The notes beneath the pieces were generated by a model. It did not search any database and had not been told where the DNA came from. It saw nothing but the letters and a program-made list of their open reading frames with translations. Shown in pieces: positions 1 to 15,129 of a stretch of 64,000 nucleotides of DNA. A program made the translations under genes and the position numbers. How positions within the stretch are numbered: the stretch's first letter is position 1; every line of letters starts with the position of its first letter. The DNA is from Octopus vulgaris (lineage: Eukaryota), in contig OX597814.1 of NCBI GenBank assembly GCA_951406725.2, positions 25,916,001 through 25,980,000 of the forward strand. The letters run 5' to 3'.

Positions 1-3000
1 TATATATATATTTATGTGTGTGTGTGTGCGTGTTATATATAAATATGTATATGTATATATATTTTGTTGATTGTATAGTTGATTTGTATAGTTGCTAGAG
101 CATTGGATGAAATGCTTTGTGGTATTTGTTCTATCTTTTTGCAAGCTGAGTTTAAATTCTGCTACTGTGATCAAAATTTCATTTCTTCCTTTGATGGCTG
201 GAAAATAAAGCACTTGTCATGTATTACAGTTAATGTTTCTTCACTATCATCTTTTTGCTTTCTGTAATCATTACCTATTCTTCTATTTTCTTTCATTTAT
301 AGGTGCCACTTTAGGCCCCTAGCCGTGCATGTTATAAGACAATCTTCACTAATGCTGGGTGCCACGAAAAAAGGACCCAAGTACATTCTGTAAAATGGTT
401 GACATTACAAAGAGCATCGACCATAGAAGCCTACCGAACTATACAATGGAGTATGAGGCAAATTCGTACTCACAGAGTACCCCACAAAATTATATTAATT
501 TTCTTTATTTACAATAATTCTTAAACTTTCTGCTTGAAGTCTTGCATCATTTTCTTCTTTTAACAGCATGCAGTTAAAGAGAAGAAAGTATTTAAATTAG
601 TCATTACTCATTTTACCCCATTTTAGACATCAGTTTTTGAAAGTTGAAAATTACCAAATCAGACATTAGTGTGGGAAAACACATTTAGGATCCAACAGTG
701 AAAAAGAATATTGTTTGTTAAACACCAAAAATTTGCTAGATATTTTATGTAACAAAAAACAGAAACTAGTCAGGTGATCTACAAACCAGCAAAGAATATT
801 CTATGTTCATGCAACCAAATCTTACTCATATCCCATCTTACCATCATGAACAATGAAGAATACACTGAATAAAGTAGTATATATACATAAAGACTGAATA
901 GTCTCTGTCAAAAATGGCTTTAATCGTAAGTCTGCTCAATCAGATTTGGTCTGGCACTAAACTTCAATAATTTTCTTCTGCCTCTGCTTCTCTCTCTCAC
1001 CTACATACTTACTTATTTGTGCACATGGCTACACTGTTGTATGAAAACATTCAACTACATGTAGAAGTAATTTTATGACACTGCCAACTACTTTTAGAAA
1101 TGTCTTCACTGTATCTGACTCAAGAACCTTCTGATGAAATTACACATTTAAAGGCCTCATTCACCTTTGATTCCTGAAATCAGATGACTCTACCCATAAT
1201 GTCCATCCGCGAAGATACCCCATGCCATATCTTACTCCTTTTTCAGTATGACTACTCCACATGCAATTCTGCCATTTTCTTCCCAATAACTTTTCACATA
1301 TTTGTAAAAGTGATCCATTACACAGCAAAATACCTGCAGAACAAGGGACCTTTACAGAGCTACTAGAAATAGCTTCCAAAACTTAAATTTTATCCTATAA
1401 CCTTAATAATCTCATTTCTTTATTAGCATTATTAGTAGCTTGGTTAGATTTTAAATTTATTGCCACAGTTAGCTAGTTTTTAAAAACTTTTGATGGTTAT
1501 GTGTGTTTGTTCAGTTTTGGTAAGAATGAGTTGTGATAATATTGACAACAATGGTTGTTGTTGTTGCTGCCACTGCTGTTGTTGTTGTTAATGATAATGT
1601 TTTATTCACAAGAGAGAAATCAAATTTAACTCCACTGAGAATAAAAGGAAATTCATATACAAGTGATATGAAAAAAGTTCTTTTCCTTGTTGGCTCTACC
1701 ATTTTTAGAATGGATCTAAGTCACTTTATCAAATATTGAAGCCAAAAGATTGAATTAGCCTTTTATCCTTCCATGATGGATAAAACAAATCCGTGCGGGG
1801 TTGATAAAATATGGGATCAGGGGTGAATAAGCTAAGTCCTATCTGACATGTTTAGTTTGTGAATTGATTCTAAGTGTTTCATCAAGTACTTCCATGTCAC
1901 ATATCTGCTTAGCATGAACTGGCATAAGCTATTTAAGAATAACTGCAACGACAGTAGCAGCAGCTATAACAATATCAGCAACAGTAAAAACATACAAAAG
2001 TTTTTCATTGCAAGCTCAGCTGAAATGCTTTACTTACAGTTATCTTCACTGTTTCGATTTTAGCTTCTCCACCTTAATAAATAATATATGAAATATTCTA
2101 AAAGAAGAAAAGCGGTGCATGTTTATGGGAAATACAGATAACCTGTTAATAGGATTTTGTGTTGATCCAACATACATGAATGGGGAATTGTGTGATAGCA
2201 ATGAACCATTTTCAATCACAGGTGAGAGAAGTAAGACATGAACAAAGCTACTAAGTAAACAAGAAACAGCTACAGATGATAGTGACACAACGTAAAGCTT
2301 GTATTTATGGGTACAGTAAGAAAAATAATCACCATCTTCTGTGTATCTAGCCTGAAAATTTTCTATCCTTTGACATACACATTTAGGATTAGCTGTTCTT
2401 ATAAACCCTGCTCAGTTCATATGCTACTTTTCTGGATCCCAAAGGATGAAATGTGGAGAAAAATCTAAGAGGATATGAAATCTAAACCATATCATTGCAA
2501 ATCTAGTGCTCTACTACTACATTAAATAATACTACAAGTTCATATTTGTTTGGTCTAACAACTATTTGTAACACCCTATGGAAACCTTACATTATTCATC
2601 TATCCACAGATAGTAACCTACTAAAATTGGTGAATGTCTCTTTAGGAATAAAATTTCATCTCTTAAAAATCTGAAGTTTTTCACTAAAAGCAACTATTCT
2701 ACTCCTTAAAGATCTGCAAACACATCTTGGTTGAAGTGTCTTCCTGATGACAGATATAAAACTATAGACATCATCCATAAAAGACATCCTGCTTGTTAGG
2801 TAAACCTGCTACTATTCAAAAATGTCAGCCCCTATGTTACCCCACTTTAATCACCCATAGTTTACTTGTTTCTTCTTTCTATTTTATCATCACCTCCATC
2901 TGTGTTTCAGTACTCATGAACTTATATTATACACTCAATATAATCTTTCCTTTCCAATATAACTTGAATCTTTTCAATTATATATCCTGCTATACATCAG

Positions 3001-3505
3001 TCTTCAACAATTAAACGTTAATTTCTCTTGCCACAGTCTCAGTCTAAGATCCAATTCTCAACAGTTTAATAGAGAATAGATGTAAGCTATTCATCATAGT
3101 TTGCATAGAAGCATATTTCCCAAATAAAATATAGGTGAGTGGATCAATTCCTGTTAGTAGGTTTGTAGAGGTCTTTTTTTTTCTTTTAAAATCTGAAATT
3201 TTTATATAAAAATGCACCACAATGAGAGAGATAAGTATAAAGAGGTATTAAAAGACAATTAACAATATGCAAAATTGGGAAAGTGTAAAAATCCATTTTT
3301 CTTCAAGTCCAAATTGATAAACAGGTTATAGATAACAATGCTTCAAGTAAATTACAAAGGACAATATTTATTATTACTAATGTTTTGATATGAAAAACAA
3401 TATTCTGTAGTTATTCCTTATTATTTAGTATTTTATAAATATATATATATATATTTAGATAGATAGATAGATAGAGAGAGATCTTGATATACACATACAT
3501 ACACA

Positions 3506-3870
3506 TCATCATCATCATCATCATCATCGTTTAACGTCTGTTCTCCATGCTAGCATGGGTTGGACGGTTCGACCGGGGTTCTGGGAAGCCAGAAGGCTGC
3601 ACCAGGCTCCAGTCTAATCTGGCAATGTTTCTACAGCTGGATGCCCTTCCTAACGCCAACCACTCCGTGAGTGTAGTGGGTGCTTTTTACGTGCCACCTG
3701 CACAGGTGCCAGGCGAGGCTGGCAACAGCCACGGTCGGATTGGTGTATTTTATGTGCCACCGGCATGGAAGACAGTTGAGGCGGTGCTGGCATCGGCCAC
3801 GAGTTGGATAGTGCTTTTTACGTACCACCAGACCAGGGATCCTGGCTGGTTCAATTCGATTTCGATTTCG
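3506..3870 (-). mobile_element. RTE-tail repeat (family B: SINE or truncated RTE 3' UTR)
   Basis: (CAT)n-cgtttaacgtc...ccatgctagcatgggttggac...ggatgcccttcctaacgccaacc. Further copies at 5130-5235, 5510-5720, 14700-14920, 28940-29145, 29645-29765. Same tail as the RTE LINE fragments. Confidence 0.8.

Positions 3871-3871
<1 letters not shown>

Positions 3872-3941
<70 letters not shown>
3872..3941. repeat. (TA)n microsatellite (one of many)
   Basis: Direct inspection. Confidence 0.95.
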
Positions 3942-3948
<7 letters not shown>

Positions 3949-5770
3949 CTTCTGCATGCAGTAAATATAGGGAAAAGTCTTCACATACTGACTTACTTTA
4001 GTCATGCCCACTATTCACCTATAGCTATCTCAAAGACACAGCTTCAGTTACTTGAGAGTAAACCGGTTTTAAACATATGACAAAGCTTGTGGATGGTTCA
4101 AAACCAGGACTTATGGTTCATGGAAAATTCAGTACCATGCCATATATAATTAATTTTTTTCAAATTAAATTTTATTTGTCAGTTCCAACTTCACACACAT
4201 GAAATTTGCAAGCAAAATTTCAGTGGAAAGATATTTTATTTTGTGCTGTCAAGTAAATGAAAAAAAAAAAGAAAAACAGATAATTGCACTGGGATAACAT
4301 AATTATGTATTGGGCACAAACGTGACAATGACAATATTCTGCATTCTGTTCGGTATCAATATTAATTAAATGTTAATAATTGTCATAAAGAAAAACTATA
4401 TCAAGGCTGATTGGCTTGCAATCAAGTAATGTAGTCTTTGGTTTTAGTTACAGTTGCGCTGTATTCTTTACATATCAACATAGTCAACTGTCCTGTGTTT
4501 ACAAGCTTTAGCAAATTGCGATTTGTCACTTTATTATATATAGAGGTACCAGTTATGCTAATGGTTCCAATAATAAGTCATAGTTATAATATTCACAAAT
4601 GAAAGACCAGACAAGAAAAAATAACTACTGCATTTAGAATATACTACCCAAATACCAACAGAAAACGATTACATCAACCACAAGTATAATCAGATAGGTG
4701 TATTCTACAGTAAAAAAAAAAGAAAAAAATTCAACCTAGGGCTATATATTTTGTAGTTTACTGTCTTCAGGGAAACCAAAAAGTAAGCTCAATTTGAGGT
4801 AACAAGCAGTTGTGAAGAGAATAGAGAAACAACAAGTAAAACGATATACTATCTAAAAATTAGAATTGAAAATGGAATCACAAAATGTCATGTGAAGATA
4901 TAGGAGAGGAAAGCATCTACACTGTGAACAACTAATATAATTAAACAAAGCAAAATTACTAAATCAGTAAACTGAGAGCACACTGAGAAGCACATATCTC
5001 ACAGCTGAAAACTGAAGGATGTTTTATTGTATAGCAACATGATGAATTCTAGAAGCTACAAAAAAAAATATGTATATAAGAAGTAGAGAGTAAAAGTAAC
5101 AGCTGACTATATGAAGGTTATGAAGTGAGTCTGCACAGCCCCATCGGCTGGCTACTCCTGTCAAACTGTCCAACCAATGCCCGCATACAAAATGGGCATT
5201 AAACGTTGTTGATGATGATGATGATGATGATGATGAATCAATGATATAGCTTGTGGCTACTTTAATGAAAAATGAGTTAATATACAGACATGATTGAACT
5301 GGAGATTTTATAAAGTAGAAACTATGATAACATTATCTTTTATCTTTTACTTTATCTTTTATCTTTTTCTTTTAAGCATGGTACTCATTCTAATGGTCTT
5401 TATTGCTAAAGTACTAAATTATAGGGATATAGACATACAACACCAATTGTCAAACAGTGGTAGGGGACAAACACAAAGACACACACACACACATATCGAG
5501 ATATATATATTATTTAATGTCTGTTTTCCATGCTGGCATGGGTCGGATGGTTGGCAAGGCCAGAGTCTGCACCATGTTCCATGGTCCGTTTTGTCATGAT
5601 TTCTACAGCTTAATGCCCTTCCTAACACCAACCCCTTTAAAGAGCGTACTGGGTGCTTTTTATGTGGCACCATCACCAGCGCTTTTTACATGGCACCTTG
5701 GTTTCAGGATATCAATTCTGTTGTCACACACATATATACATGTGTGTATGTATATATGTATGTGTGTGTG

Positions 5771-5801
<31 letters not shown>

Positions 5802-6452
5802 ATATGTATGTATATACAACAGGCTTTTTCAGTTTCCATCAACCAAATCTACTCAAGTCATTGATTGGCTAGAGGCCACAGAGTCACAGAACCCAGAAGC
5901 ATGTGGTGAGGAAACAAACTTCTCACCATACAGCCATGTCTACACCTATATGGATATTCATAGAAAGAAATTGTCAAAACATTCAGTACAAACAGTTTCA
6001 AGCAATGACAAAATGGTCATACTCTGAGATATGTCATTCCAAATAGAAAAGAAGATTTAAGAAATCTAACCATAAGGGAAAGAAATGTCTCCTAACTGTT
6101 GCATCAGTTTCAACAGATAGAAATATATTTCTGAAAGAAAAATAGAATCTATCCAAATATAAGGCTGGAATTATAGATAAGCAAAATGTGGTGACTGAAG
6201 ATAGAAGCAATTTCTATAATAATAGGGGCCTCTTGAATGATGAAAAAAAGAGAGAGATATACATAACACACAGTAAATAGTCCTGATAGACACAGCACAA
6301 AATTTAGGTAAATTATTCTTTACTAAATAGAAAGCCCAAATAAACCACCACTCATGTGCAAGACACTGAACACTGTACTTGATTGTGCAATAAGACTAGT
6401 GAACTAATAATACTAATACAACTACTGCTACTTCTATTACTACTACTACTAC

Positions 6453-6509
<57 letters not shown>

Positions 6510-7588
6510 TAATAATAATAACAATGATAATAATAATAATAACAATGATAACAGCAACAATAATTCTAATATCATTTGGTCTTCTCATTTCCAAAATTTG
6601 TTAAATATCTGAAAATCAGACTCACATTAAAAAAGTGATTGTGAATGTTTTCAGAAAAGATAATGATACTATCTCTAGGTAACAGACTCATTTCCTATCT
6701 TCAATGCAAAATTTTATTCCACTTCCATTCAAAGCGAAAATAACCAACCACTTTTACATAAGATATCTTTGAATTATTTCCAATGTAATTTCCCTTGAAA
6801 CACAATCTTTTAGTTATCTTTTCCGTATATCTTGATTAGTTATTTTAATATTATTAACATTGCTTTTATTATAATGATGATTATTATTTTATGCTAACTG
6901 TTGTTGTTGTCGTTGTTGTTGTTGTTATGTACTTTCAGTAGTTTCATGCAAAGTGTTCACTTCAAACTTAGTCTATGGAGAAAAATGGTGGAGTTTTTGT
7001 TACACGCAATTAATTGTGATATTAGGGGTGGTCATGTTGTTTTATAAGTTGTTTTAGTGTTTCCCTTGTATATTGTATGTTCGGAAGAGAAGTATATAGC
7101 AATGATTGTCAAGCATAAATATTGTACTGGTTTTCAAATTGAAATTGCCATGTATAGAATGAAGGTATCCTGCATGGCTTATATCATTGACTTGAAAGGG
7201 TATCATATAGAAAGTGTACTGTACCTAGTAGGGTCATTTTGAAGTTGCATTTAAAGTTGTATGTCCTAAAATAGTATTTATATAAGTGAGATCCCTTACT
7301 AAACTGTATAGAGGAAACAACTATAGAATTGATTTGCTTCTTGCAAAAGGATACATGAGGGATAACTAATCTATGAATGTTATTAATCTTCTCAAATTCA
7401 AATGAAACATTTTTCACTTCAATCTTTCATTACTTCAAAAACATATATAATCATGCAACTAAGCCTTCACTTCCTAAAATAACTGGCCTTGAGTCAAAAT
7501 TTGAAACCATTAATATATCTTAATATATCTTAATACAGTTTACATTATTTACATTTGACAGATATTTGTCCTCATCTTGTTTGTTGTT

Positions 7589-7635
7589 AACACAATGTTT
7601 TGGTTGATATACCCTCCAGCCTTCATCAGGTGTCT
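7589..7635 (-). ncRNA. Degenerate hammerhead ribozyme (family a) in Penelope pLTR fragment ~7540-7650
   Basis: Minus strand: GACAC-CUGAUGA-A-GGCUGG-aggguaua-UCAACC-AAAAC-AUU-GUGUU. The GAAAC>AAAAC and GUU>AUU changes look like CpG decay. Confidence 0.6.
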
Positions 7636-8891
7636 TGGGGAAATTTTGAATTCAGTCCGAGGCTGTAGAATACACCTATCTCATTATACTTGTGGTTGAT
7701 GTAATCGTTTTCTGTTGGTATTTGGGTAGTATATTCTAAATGCAGTAATTATTTTTTCTTGTCAGGTCTTTCATTTGTGAATATAATAACTATGACTTGT
7801 CCAAGGTGCCATGCTTTGGAATAGAACTTGAAACCACAATTCTGTAGTTATTTTTCAAAAATTAGTGGTTCCTGTAACTGAGTTTAAGTTTGAAAATTTA
7901 TTTTAGAGCTATAAAATTATTTAAAGATTTATCAATTTACAGTTTTTGCTGTGTTCATTTTGCTACTCTCATTCAATAATTGATTGTGAATTTATCTTTA
8001 CATTGGTCTGGTGTCCTCAAAACTTTATATGTTAATGTCTGATAATGCTATCACAACTTTATGTATTGACATCTTATATCATAATTTTCATGAGAGCTGA
8101 ATGTGATTACAAGAGGTCAGTAGTGCATAAAATACTTGTGGCCCTACTTTGTTATAGAAAACACTGGAAACCAACTCTGCAAGTATGTCATAGGCTACAA
8201 AGTAGTGTGTTTATGTGTGTGTTCTAGCAACCTGCCTTAAACTTGGAAAGCTACTTATTGTGGTAATTTATTTGGTTCTGCTTTACAAGAAGACAATAAT
8301 GAAGTATCAATATCAACTACAGCAGGATAAGATGACAAACTGGCAGAATCCTTATTTTATCATTTTCTATGTCCAAATGCTGCCAGGGTCTACATTGCTT
8401 CATCGTTTCAGGGTCAATAAAATAAGTACCAAAATTGCTGGCTTTGTGCCAAAATTTGAATCCAATATCAGTTACAGCAGGGTCAGTAGTCATCAGTGAA
8501 GTAGAAATGTTGACTTGGATATTGTGTAACTCCAGGTCAGTTTCAGTTGAGCAAACCGAGTGATGAGTTATTTCTTGCTTCACCTCTTATGTCAACCATT
8601 TACCAGGAGATTTTGCTTAGTATATAGGATTTCTGTGCATGTTGTTTGTATCATATACAAGTCACCATTTATTAATGGTTCTAGTTTTATTTCCTGTTAT
8701 TATTCTTACTATTTTAAGTACAGCCCATTATGCATGCATACTGAAAGACAACAATAACTAGAGTAGAAAAAAATGAATAAAACTAAAAGAAACAACAGGT
8801 ACAGCAAGTTATAAATACTTCTCTTACGATATTCTAAAAATTCATTTACAAAAAAATTAATGATTATTTAATTTATTTTTTTACATACCAG

Positions 8892-9022
8892 TTAGAAAAT
8901 GTGTTATGTGTTATCAATGATTTACAGTCTGAAAGTGATATGGAAGCAACAATGATTGAATCAACAACAGAAAAATCTGTAGAAAATATGAATAAACTAC
9001 ACCAACATAGTGAGAGGGGGGA
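8892..9022 (+). CDS. Candidate exon (strand ambiguous)
   Basis: T-rich tract..ccag|LENVLCVINDLQSESDMEATMIESTTEKSVENMNKLHQHSERG|gtaaga. An overlapping minus-strand exon-like reading also exists. No homology recognised. Confidence 0.15.
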
Positions 9023-9572
9023 GTAAGAAAGAAGGGAAAAAAAGAAAAAATAGACAGACAGAGAAGAAAAAGAAAGAAAAGAAACTGGAATGAAGGTGGA
9101 ATAGAATAAATTGATTAGATTCTTTGGTAAAATTTGAAAGACTCCATGAATTGAAAAAAATTAAGACTATTGTGAATATATATCCAATAAGTTATATGGA
9201 GGTAAAAATTATATAAAATGAAATTAAAAACCCCCACATATACATAACTAGCAAACGTTTCTTTTTTAAGTCATATAATGTATATCAAGTTGATTTTCTA
9301 AGTGTGTGTCCTCATATTAATGTGCATTCAAAATGTACCACAACCATTTTCATATTCATTTGTACACAATGTTAAATTCTTGCAGCTAATTGACAAGAGG
9401 TTCCATTTTTATTATATACTTAAATTCACAGCAGCAAGAAAGACCTCCCTCACAGAATATACATGTTCCAATATAATCTTTAAAAATATGTATTTTAAAT
9501 AATAATAATAATGATAACAACAACAACAATAATGATAGTGATGATGATGAGAAGGAGCAGGAGGAGTAGAGT

Positions 9573-10235
9573 CCTTTCTGCTATAGGCACAAGGCCTGAC
9601 ATTTCAGAGGGAAGGGGTGAGTCAGTTACATCAAACCAAGTGGTCAAAGTATACTTGCCTTTTTTGATCCCAGAAAGATGAAAAGCCAAATCAGTAGCAT
9701 TTGAACTCAGGACCTAAAGAACTTGAAGAGATACTGTTAAGTATTTTTCTGACATACTAACAATTCTACCAGCACACTGCCATAATAATAATAATAACAA
9801 TAATCTTTTCTACCATAGGCACAAGGCCTGAAATTTGGGGGAGGAGGCTAGTCAATTACATCAATCCCAGTATTCAATTGGTACTTATTTCATCAACCCT
9901 GAAAGGATGAAATGCTAAGTCAACTACAGAGGAATTTGAACTCAAAACATAAGGACAGATAAAATGCTGCTAAGCATTTTACCCTGTGTGCCGATGATTC
10001 TGCCAGCTTGCCACCTTCAATAATAATAATAATAATAATTATAATTTCAAATTTTGTCTCAAGGGCAGTAATTTTGGAAGAGGAGATGAGTGTTCAACCA
10101 GTATTTATTTTATTGCCCCTGAAAGGATGAAAGAAAAATCGACCTTGACCGAATTTGAACTCAGAATGGAGCAATGGGCAAAATGCTTAGCAGTATTTCG
10201 CCTGGCCCAGTAATGATGCCACCAGCTTACCAAAT
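9573..10235 (-). mobile_element. Three head-to-tail SINE family A copies separated by (AAT)n
   Basis: Repeated units ggcacaaggcctga...gaaaggatgaaa...atttgaactcag at ~9573, ~9805 and ~10045. Confidence 0.8.
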
Positions 10236-10626
10236 AATAATGAATAAATAAAAATGAACTGAAAATTATTTGAGGATGTTCCCTGGCTTGCCATCCATGC
10301 AAGAAGTGCAAAAGATTGTTTTAACTGGTATGTCACATGTACTGAGAAGAGCATTGTCATTGTGAATTTTCTTTCTATTTCTCCCCTTTTCTTTCTTTTC
10401 TTTTTTTCATTTTTTCCTATTTTTAAAACTTTTTCTTTTTACCTTTTTCTTTCTTTCACATGACTTTGTAAATGAACAATGTGATGTGTTTATTTTAATG
10501 GCCTACCAGTGTATACAGTGAGTTTCTTTGCCTTAGGTATCAGGAAGATACATGGCAAGAAATGGAAACAAAATTGAAAAAAGAGGAGGAGGATAATAAT
10601 AATAATAATAATAATAATAATCATGA

Positions 10627-11190
10627 TCATGATAAATGTGCATTGTTTTGTCTTGGTAAATCTACTTTGTCTTGTCTTGGTAAATGTACATTGTACATAT
10701 AAAGATGTACATGTAGATATAAAAGATGGGCTACAGCAAATACTCTGCTTAATACCACAGATTTATTTGTCAGTTGTTTGACCTTGACCAGTTGAGCATG
10801 TCCTTTAATGGCTGATGACATGTCCATCTCTGATCACAAGCAGAAGTAGTGGGAGGGGAGCATCATAGCCATGTGTTTAGTGGAATTCTCTTGGAGTTTG
10901 AATAATTCACCTCTAGGAAGAATGGTATTTCATTCAACATCCTTAAACAACCCTTATTCAAGGACCATTTGAGTGGGATGGGCTATTTGACCTGAAGAAA
11001 ATTCTAACTGGCCCTCACCTGAAAGGTCATGCACTGTTTATCTTGTTATGAGAAAATCATGTCACACACATATGGTTGGGATGTATGTGCCTGTATACCC
11101 TTATCAGACAGGTAGTCATGATGGGTATACTGGGCTTCATATATTTTACCCTAGTGTCATTTCGATGGCATGCACTGCTCTTTCACTCAA
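10627..11190. repeat. Family D repeat copy, inverted relative to the others
   Basis: Reverse complement of family D; ends ...gcactgctctttcactc(AAT)n. Confidence 0.9.
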
Positions 11191-11776
11191 TAATAATCAT
11201 GAAACTATCATCAGCATCACTGTTAGTGTTCAAGTAGAAAAGAACCAAGAAGAATATTTGCAGAATTCCATGAGTGAAGAAGGAAAAGCAGGTTATTAAT
11301 AGTTCTTGTCAAGATTAAGATCCTTTGATTATGAGTCTTGTTTATATATAGATATTTTTGACTTCAGAGTTGATTTATTGATGGTGTCTAATATCCTGTA
11401 TTTAATAAATGGTTTCTTAGTTTAATAGAGCAAGTGGTGTACATTTCTGAGGTTTACACAAGTGAGTCTGCAGCAGGTCATGGATTTATATTTCTAAAGT
11501 CACTTACCACATCTGCTGGAGCAAATAAGTGCTATATGTCCTCCAATTATATTTCTCAATGAATCCATCTGCTGTATGCCATAAAAGGCGACTATAAGAG
11601 GTTCAGATAAGATTTATACTCTGACTTTGTAAAATCTTCACCAGCATCAACTACCTAAGCTGACCCATGGTTTGGAGGGTTGTTGCCTGAGTGGTGCAAT
11701 GGTATCATCTGCCAGGAGTAGGGAATCACCAACAATTGGTGTATGCAATGATGCACTGCTACAGTACAGTCTCCTG

Positions 11777-11778
<2 letters not shown>

Positions 11779-11853
<75 letters not shown>
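11779..11853. repeat. (CTA)n microsatellite
   Basis: Direct inspection. Confidence 0.95.
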
Positions 11854-12949
11854 TCTAGGAAGGTGTGTGTGTGTGAGTGCATGCATATGTGTGTGTATTT
11901 ATTTATATTACAAGAAAAATTTGTATGACACACTGAACTTGTCACTCTGTTTAGTGCAACACCTTGACTTTGAGGTATTATTAACTGACTCCACTCTCCT
12001 GCAAGCATTCAAGCCAGAGCTGAGAAAAAATTTCTGCCCTCCTCCTACATGTGATAGAGGTTCCAAAAAGCTGGGAGGAGCACTGCTCATTCTTTTCAAA
12101 TAAGCCATTGTAAAACTTGAGACATTCGGAAGTTACTTGGATATGCATTGAATGTATGTGTAGGAATATATTTCATTAGTAAACATACATTCATACCAGC
12201 TGCATGCAACAGCTAGTACTGAAACAGACATTTATGAACTGATTATTAAGAAAAAAATAAGCTATATTTTATAAAAGGTAAACTCCACATATTTAATTAG
12301 CAGTATATGTTTATCAAAAGTGAAGAAAATATAGCAGAGAAATATTGTAGAACTATTCTGAGAGTTCATCCTTAGTATATTTCTGTATTTCTGCATATAT
12401 TTCTCACACACAGATTAAATTAGATTAATTGAGATGGATGGCTGGTTGACTGGTTGGCTCGTTGGTTAACTGATTGGTTGGCTGGACAGATTAGTTGCGT
12501 AGAGAATATATAGACATCTACATTACATTTGTAAATGGACAGGTAGATCATTTAGAATAGATTGTTAAATTTTATATGTTATATGCTTGAGAGTGCACAG
12601 TTAACTGTGAGCATCTATACTTACAAATAGCTATTTTAAATATAAGGAAGCTACAGTTAAACAAGTTCAGTAAATCGTCCATCCAGAAAATACATGTTAA
12701 AAAGATCTTTTCTGGGAATATCTGTTTTGATTTAATTTGATTTAGTATCAAAAAGAATTTTTTTCCTTTTTCACCTCAAAATATTGTTTCCTTCAGTTTA
12801 GTAATCATCATTACCATCAACATCGTTGTCATCATCATGATCATGATCATCATCATCATTATCATTGTCATCATTGTCATCGTCATCGCAATCGTTTTTG
12901 TTGCGGTCATCATTGTCATCACCATCATCTTCATCATATTTTTATATTT

Positions 12950-13300
12950 ATTTTCCCATGCTGGTAAGTCTTTTCTAAAACAGTATATCCACACTTTCAT
13001 TTTCTCCTTCATGATATTCAGACTCCTAAGATCATCTTCCATCATATCTTCTGCTCTCATATCCAACTTTTCTTTAAATGCATTTGTACTCCATCACTCA
13101 TGCACACTAACATTATACATCCAGTGAAGCTAGGGAACCTCATTTCTTTCCAACTTTCACACATTCTCAATGTTCAGAACCCATCTTTTGATACCATGCA
13201 ACATTGTACTTCATGTGCATGCATCATACAGTCTGCCCTTCAATCAGAGAGAGAATCCTTTTGTTACCAGCAGAAGTAATAGCTTCCTGAATCAGTGTGT
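12950..13300 (-). mobile_element. Decayed RTE-clade LINE fragment
   Basis: Reverse complement resembles the RTE C-terminal region at 54680-54870 and 59100-59290. Confidence 0.6.
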
Positions 13301-15090
13301 CAACATTTATTCCTGATAGTCCAGCTGCATTTCCCACCTTCAAATGTTTTAGGCTCATTTCACATGTATAACTGAGCTTCAGAAACTGACAATTTTCAAC
13401 AACTGATCTTTAATTTTGTGTTACAAACCAATTAGTTTTACTCACAGACTGTCCAAGGGTAAGATTGTTCTTACAAACAACATGAATCGATATAACAGCA
13501 GATCAAAAATGCAAGAACTTATATAAAATTTTACCAGTTCCTTCAACTACTCTAGTGAACACAATGAAGACAATCTAAAAGGTACATTTAACCATCTATT
13601 TTCAAGTACTAGTTGAAACGACTAACATAAACATTACAATTCTTTAAAATTTCTTTTCCTGAACAATCTTAGATATTGTGACTATTTAAGAATTTAATAT
13701 TTATTGCATAGTAAAAATACTGAGTAGGGTGATCTCAAAAATAACTATTTCACTCAGCTATAGATGAAATTCTTCAAAGAGAGTGACTACTTTCTTGTTA
13801 TATATGAAATATTTTTATATATCACATTTCTGTTAACCAAGTTCTCTTCTATGTGGTTGTATCTACTTGCTGATAGATTAACATCACAAGAACAGTGACT
13901 TTGGTGCAACTGGCAATAAGCCAGTCTAGATACTTTATGCTATTAAATTTGTTACCACCCTGTGATGATTTCAATTTATGCGGGAGCTGACTTTGGTTTC
14001 CATTCCTCCAAAATCAATAAAATAAATCTTATAGAATACATACTGCCCTTACAAATTACTTTTCAAGTCCTTTCTAAATTGTGGATTTAAAAGTGTTATA
14101 TGCATTACCATAAACATGCTTTTATGAGTGTGGAAGCACGTGTGTTTATGTGCCATTATTTTCTCTTTCCTTCCCCTCTTTCTTTCTTTCTCATTACACA
14201 CACACACACACACAAGTATACATGCAATTAATTGGTAAAATCATTAGAACAATGAGCAAATTGCAGTAAGCATTCTAGTTCTTTGCTCTCTAGGTTCAAA
14301 TCTTATTAAGTTCAAATTTGTCTTTAATACTTTTGAGGTCAATAAATAAATTACCAGTCAAGTATTGATAAATTTTTCTCTTTTTTCTTTTCTTCTCTCT
14401 GTTTTATCTTCTCTCTCTGTGACTTTCTTTCTTACCTTCTCTCCCTCTTTCTTACTCTCTCCCCACCTCTCTCTCAGAATTGGTAGCACTGTACTGTGAG
14501 AATAGTTCTGACATCAACATACACCAGAAATAATTTGTTTGTTGGTTTCTATAACAAGAGCTACAGTGCTTGTTTAGATTCATCGACCTAAGGGTAGCTT
14601 TGACTGAAGACACACAAAGTGGTTGAAACACAGTAGTATCACAAAGTCCCCTTACTTCAATGAACAGAGTGTATTTTGTCAGAAAGAAGATTTTCTTTGT
14701 CATCAACCATTGTCCAAGCTGGCATGAGCTGGACAGTTTGACCAGGGCTGGTAAGCTGGAAGGCTGCACCAGATTCCAGTCTGATTTGGCATGGTTTTCT
14801 ACAACTGGATGCCCTTCCTAATGCCAACCACTCAGAGAGTGTAATGGGTGCTTTTACTTGCCACTGGCATGGGTACCAGTTACCTGACACTAACATCATC
14901 CATGACTACAATTTCACTTGTCTTGGTGGGCCAAGTGAAATCATAGTCATGGCTGACAAAATACAACACTGATTAACATATTCACATTTTAATAGGATCT
15001 GATAGAACATTATGAATGAATATGCATATCACCATTTTGATTTTTCATAATGATTTATCATATATATATTTATAAATCTATGTGTTTATG

Positions 15091-15129
<39 letters not shown>

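Noticed and set aside
1161-1379. 72-aa minus-strand ORF in unique sequence
   Set aside because: TTG start, no recognisable domain, only weak splice signals.
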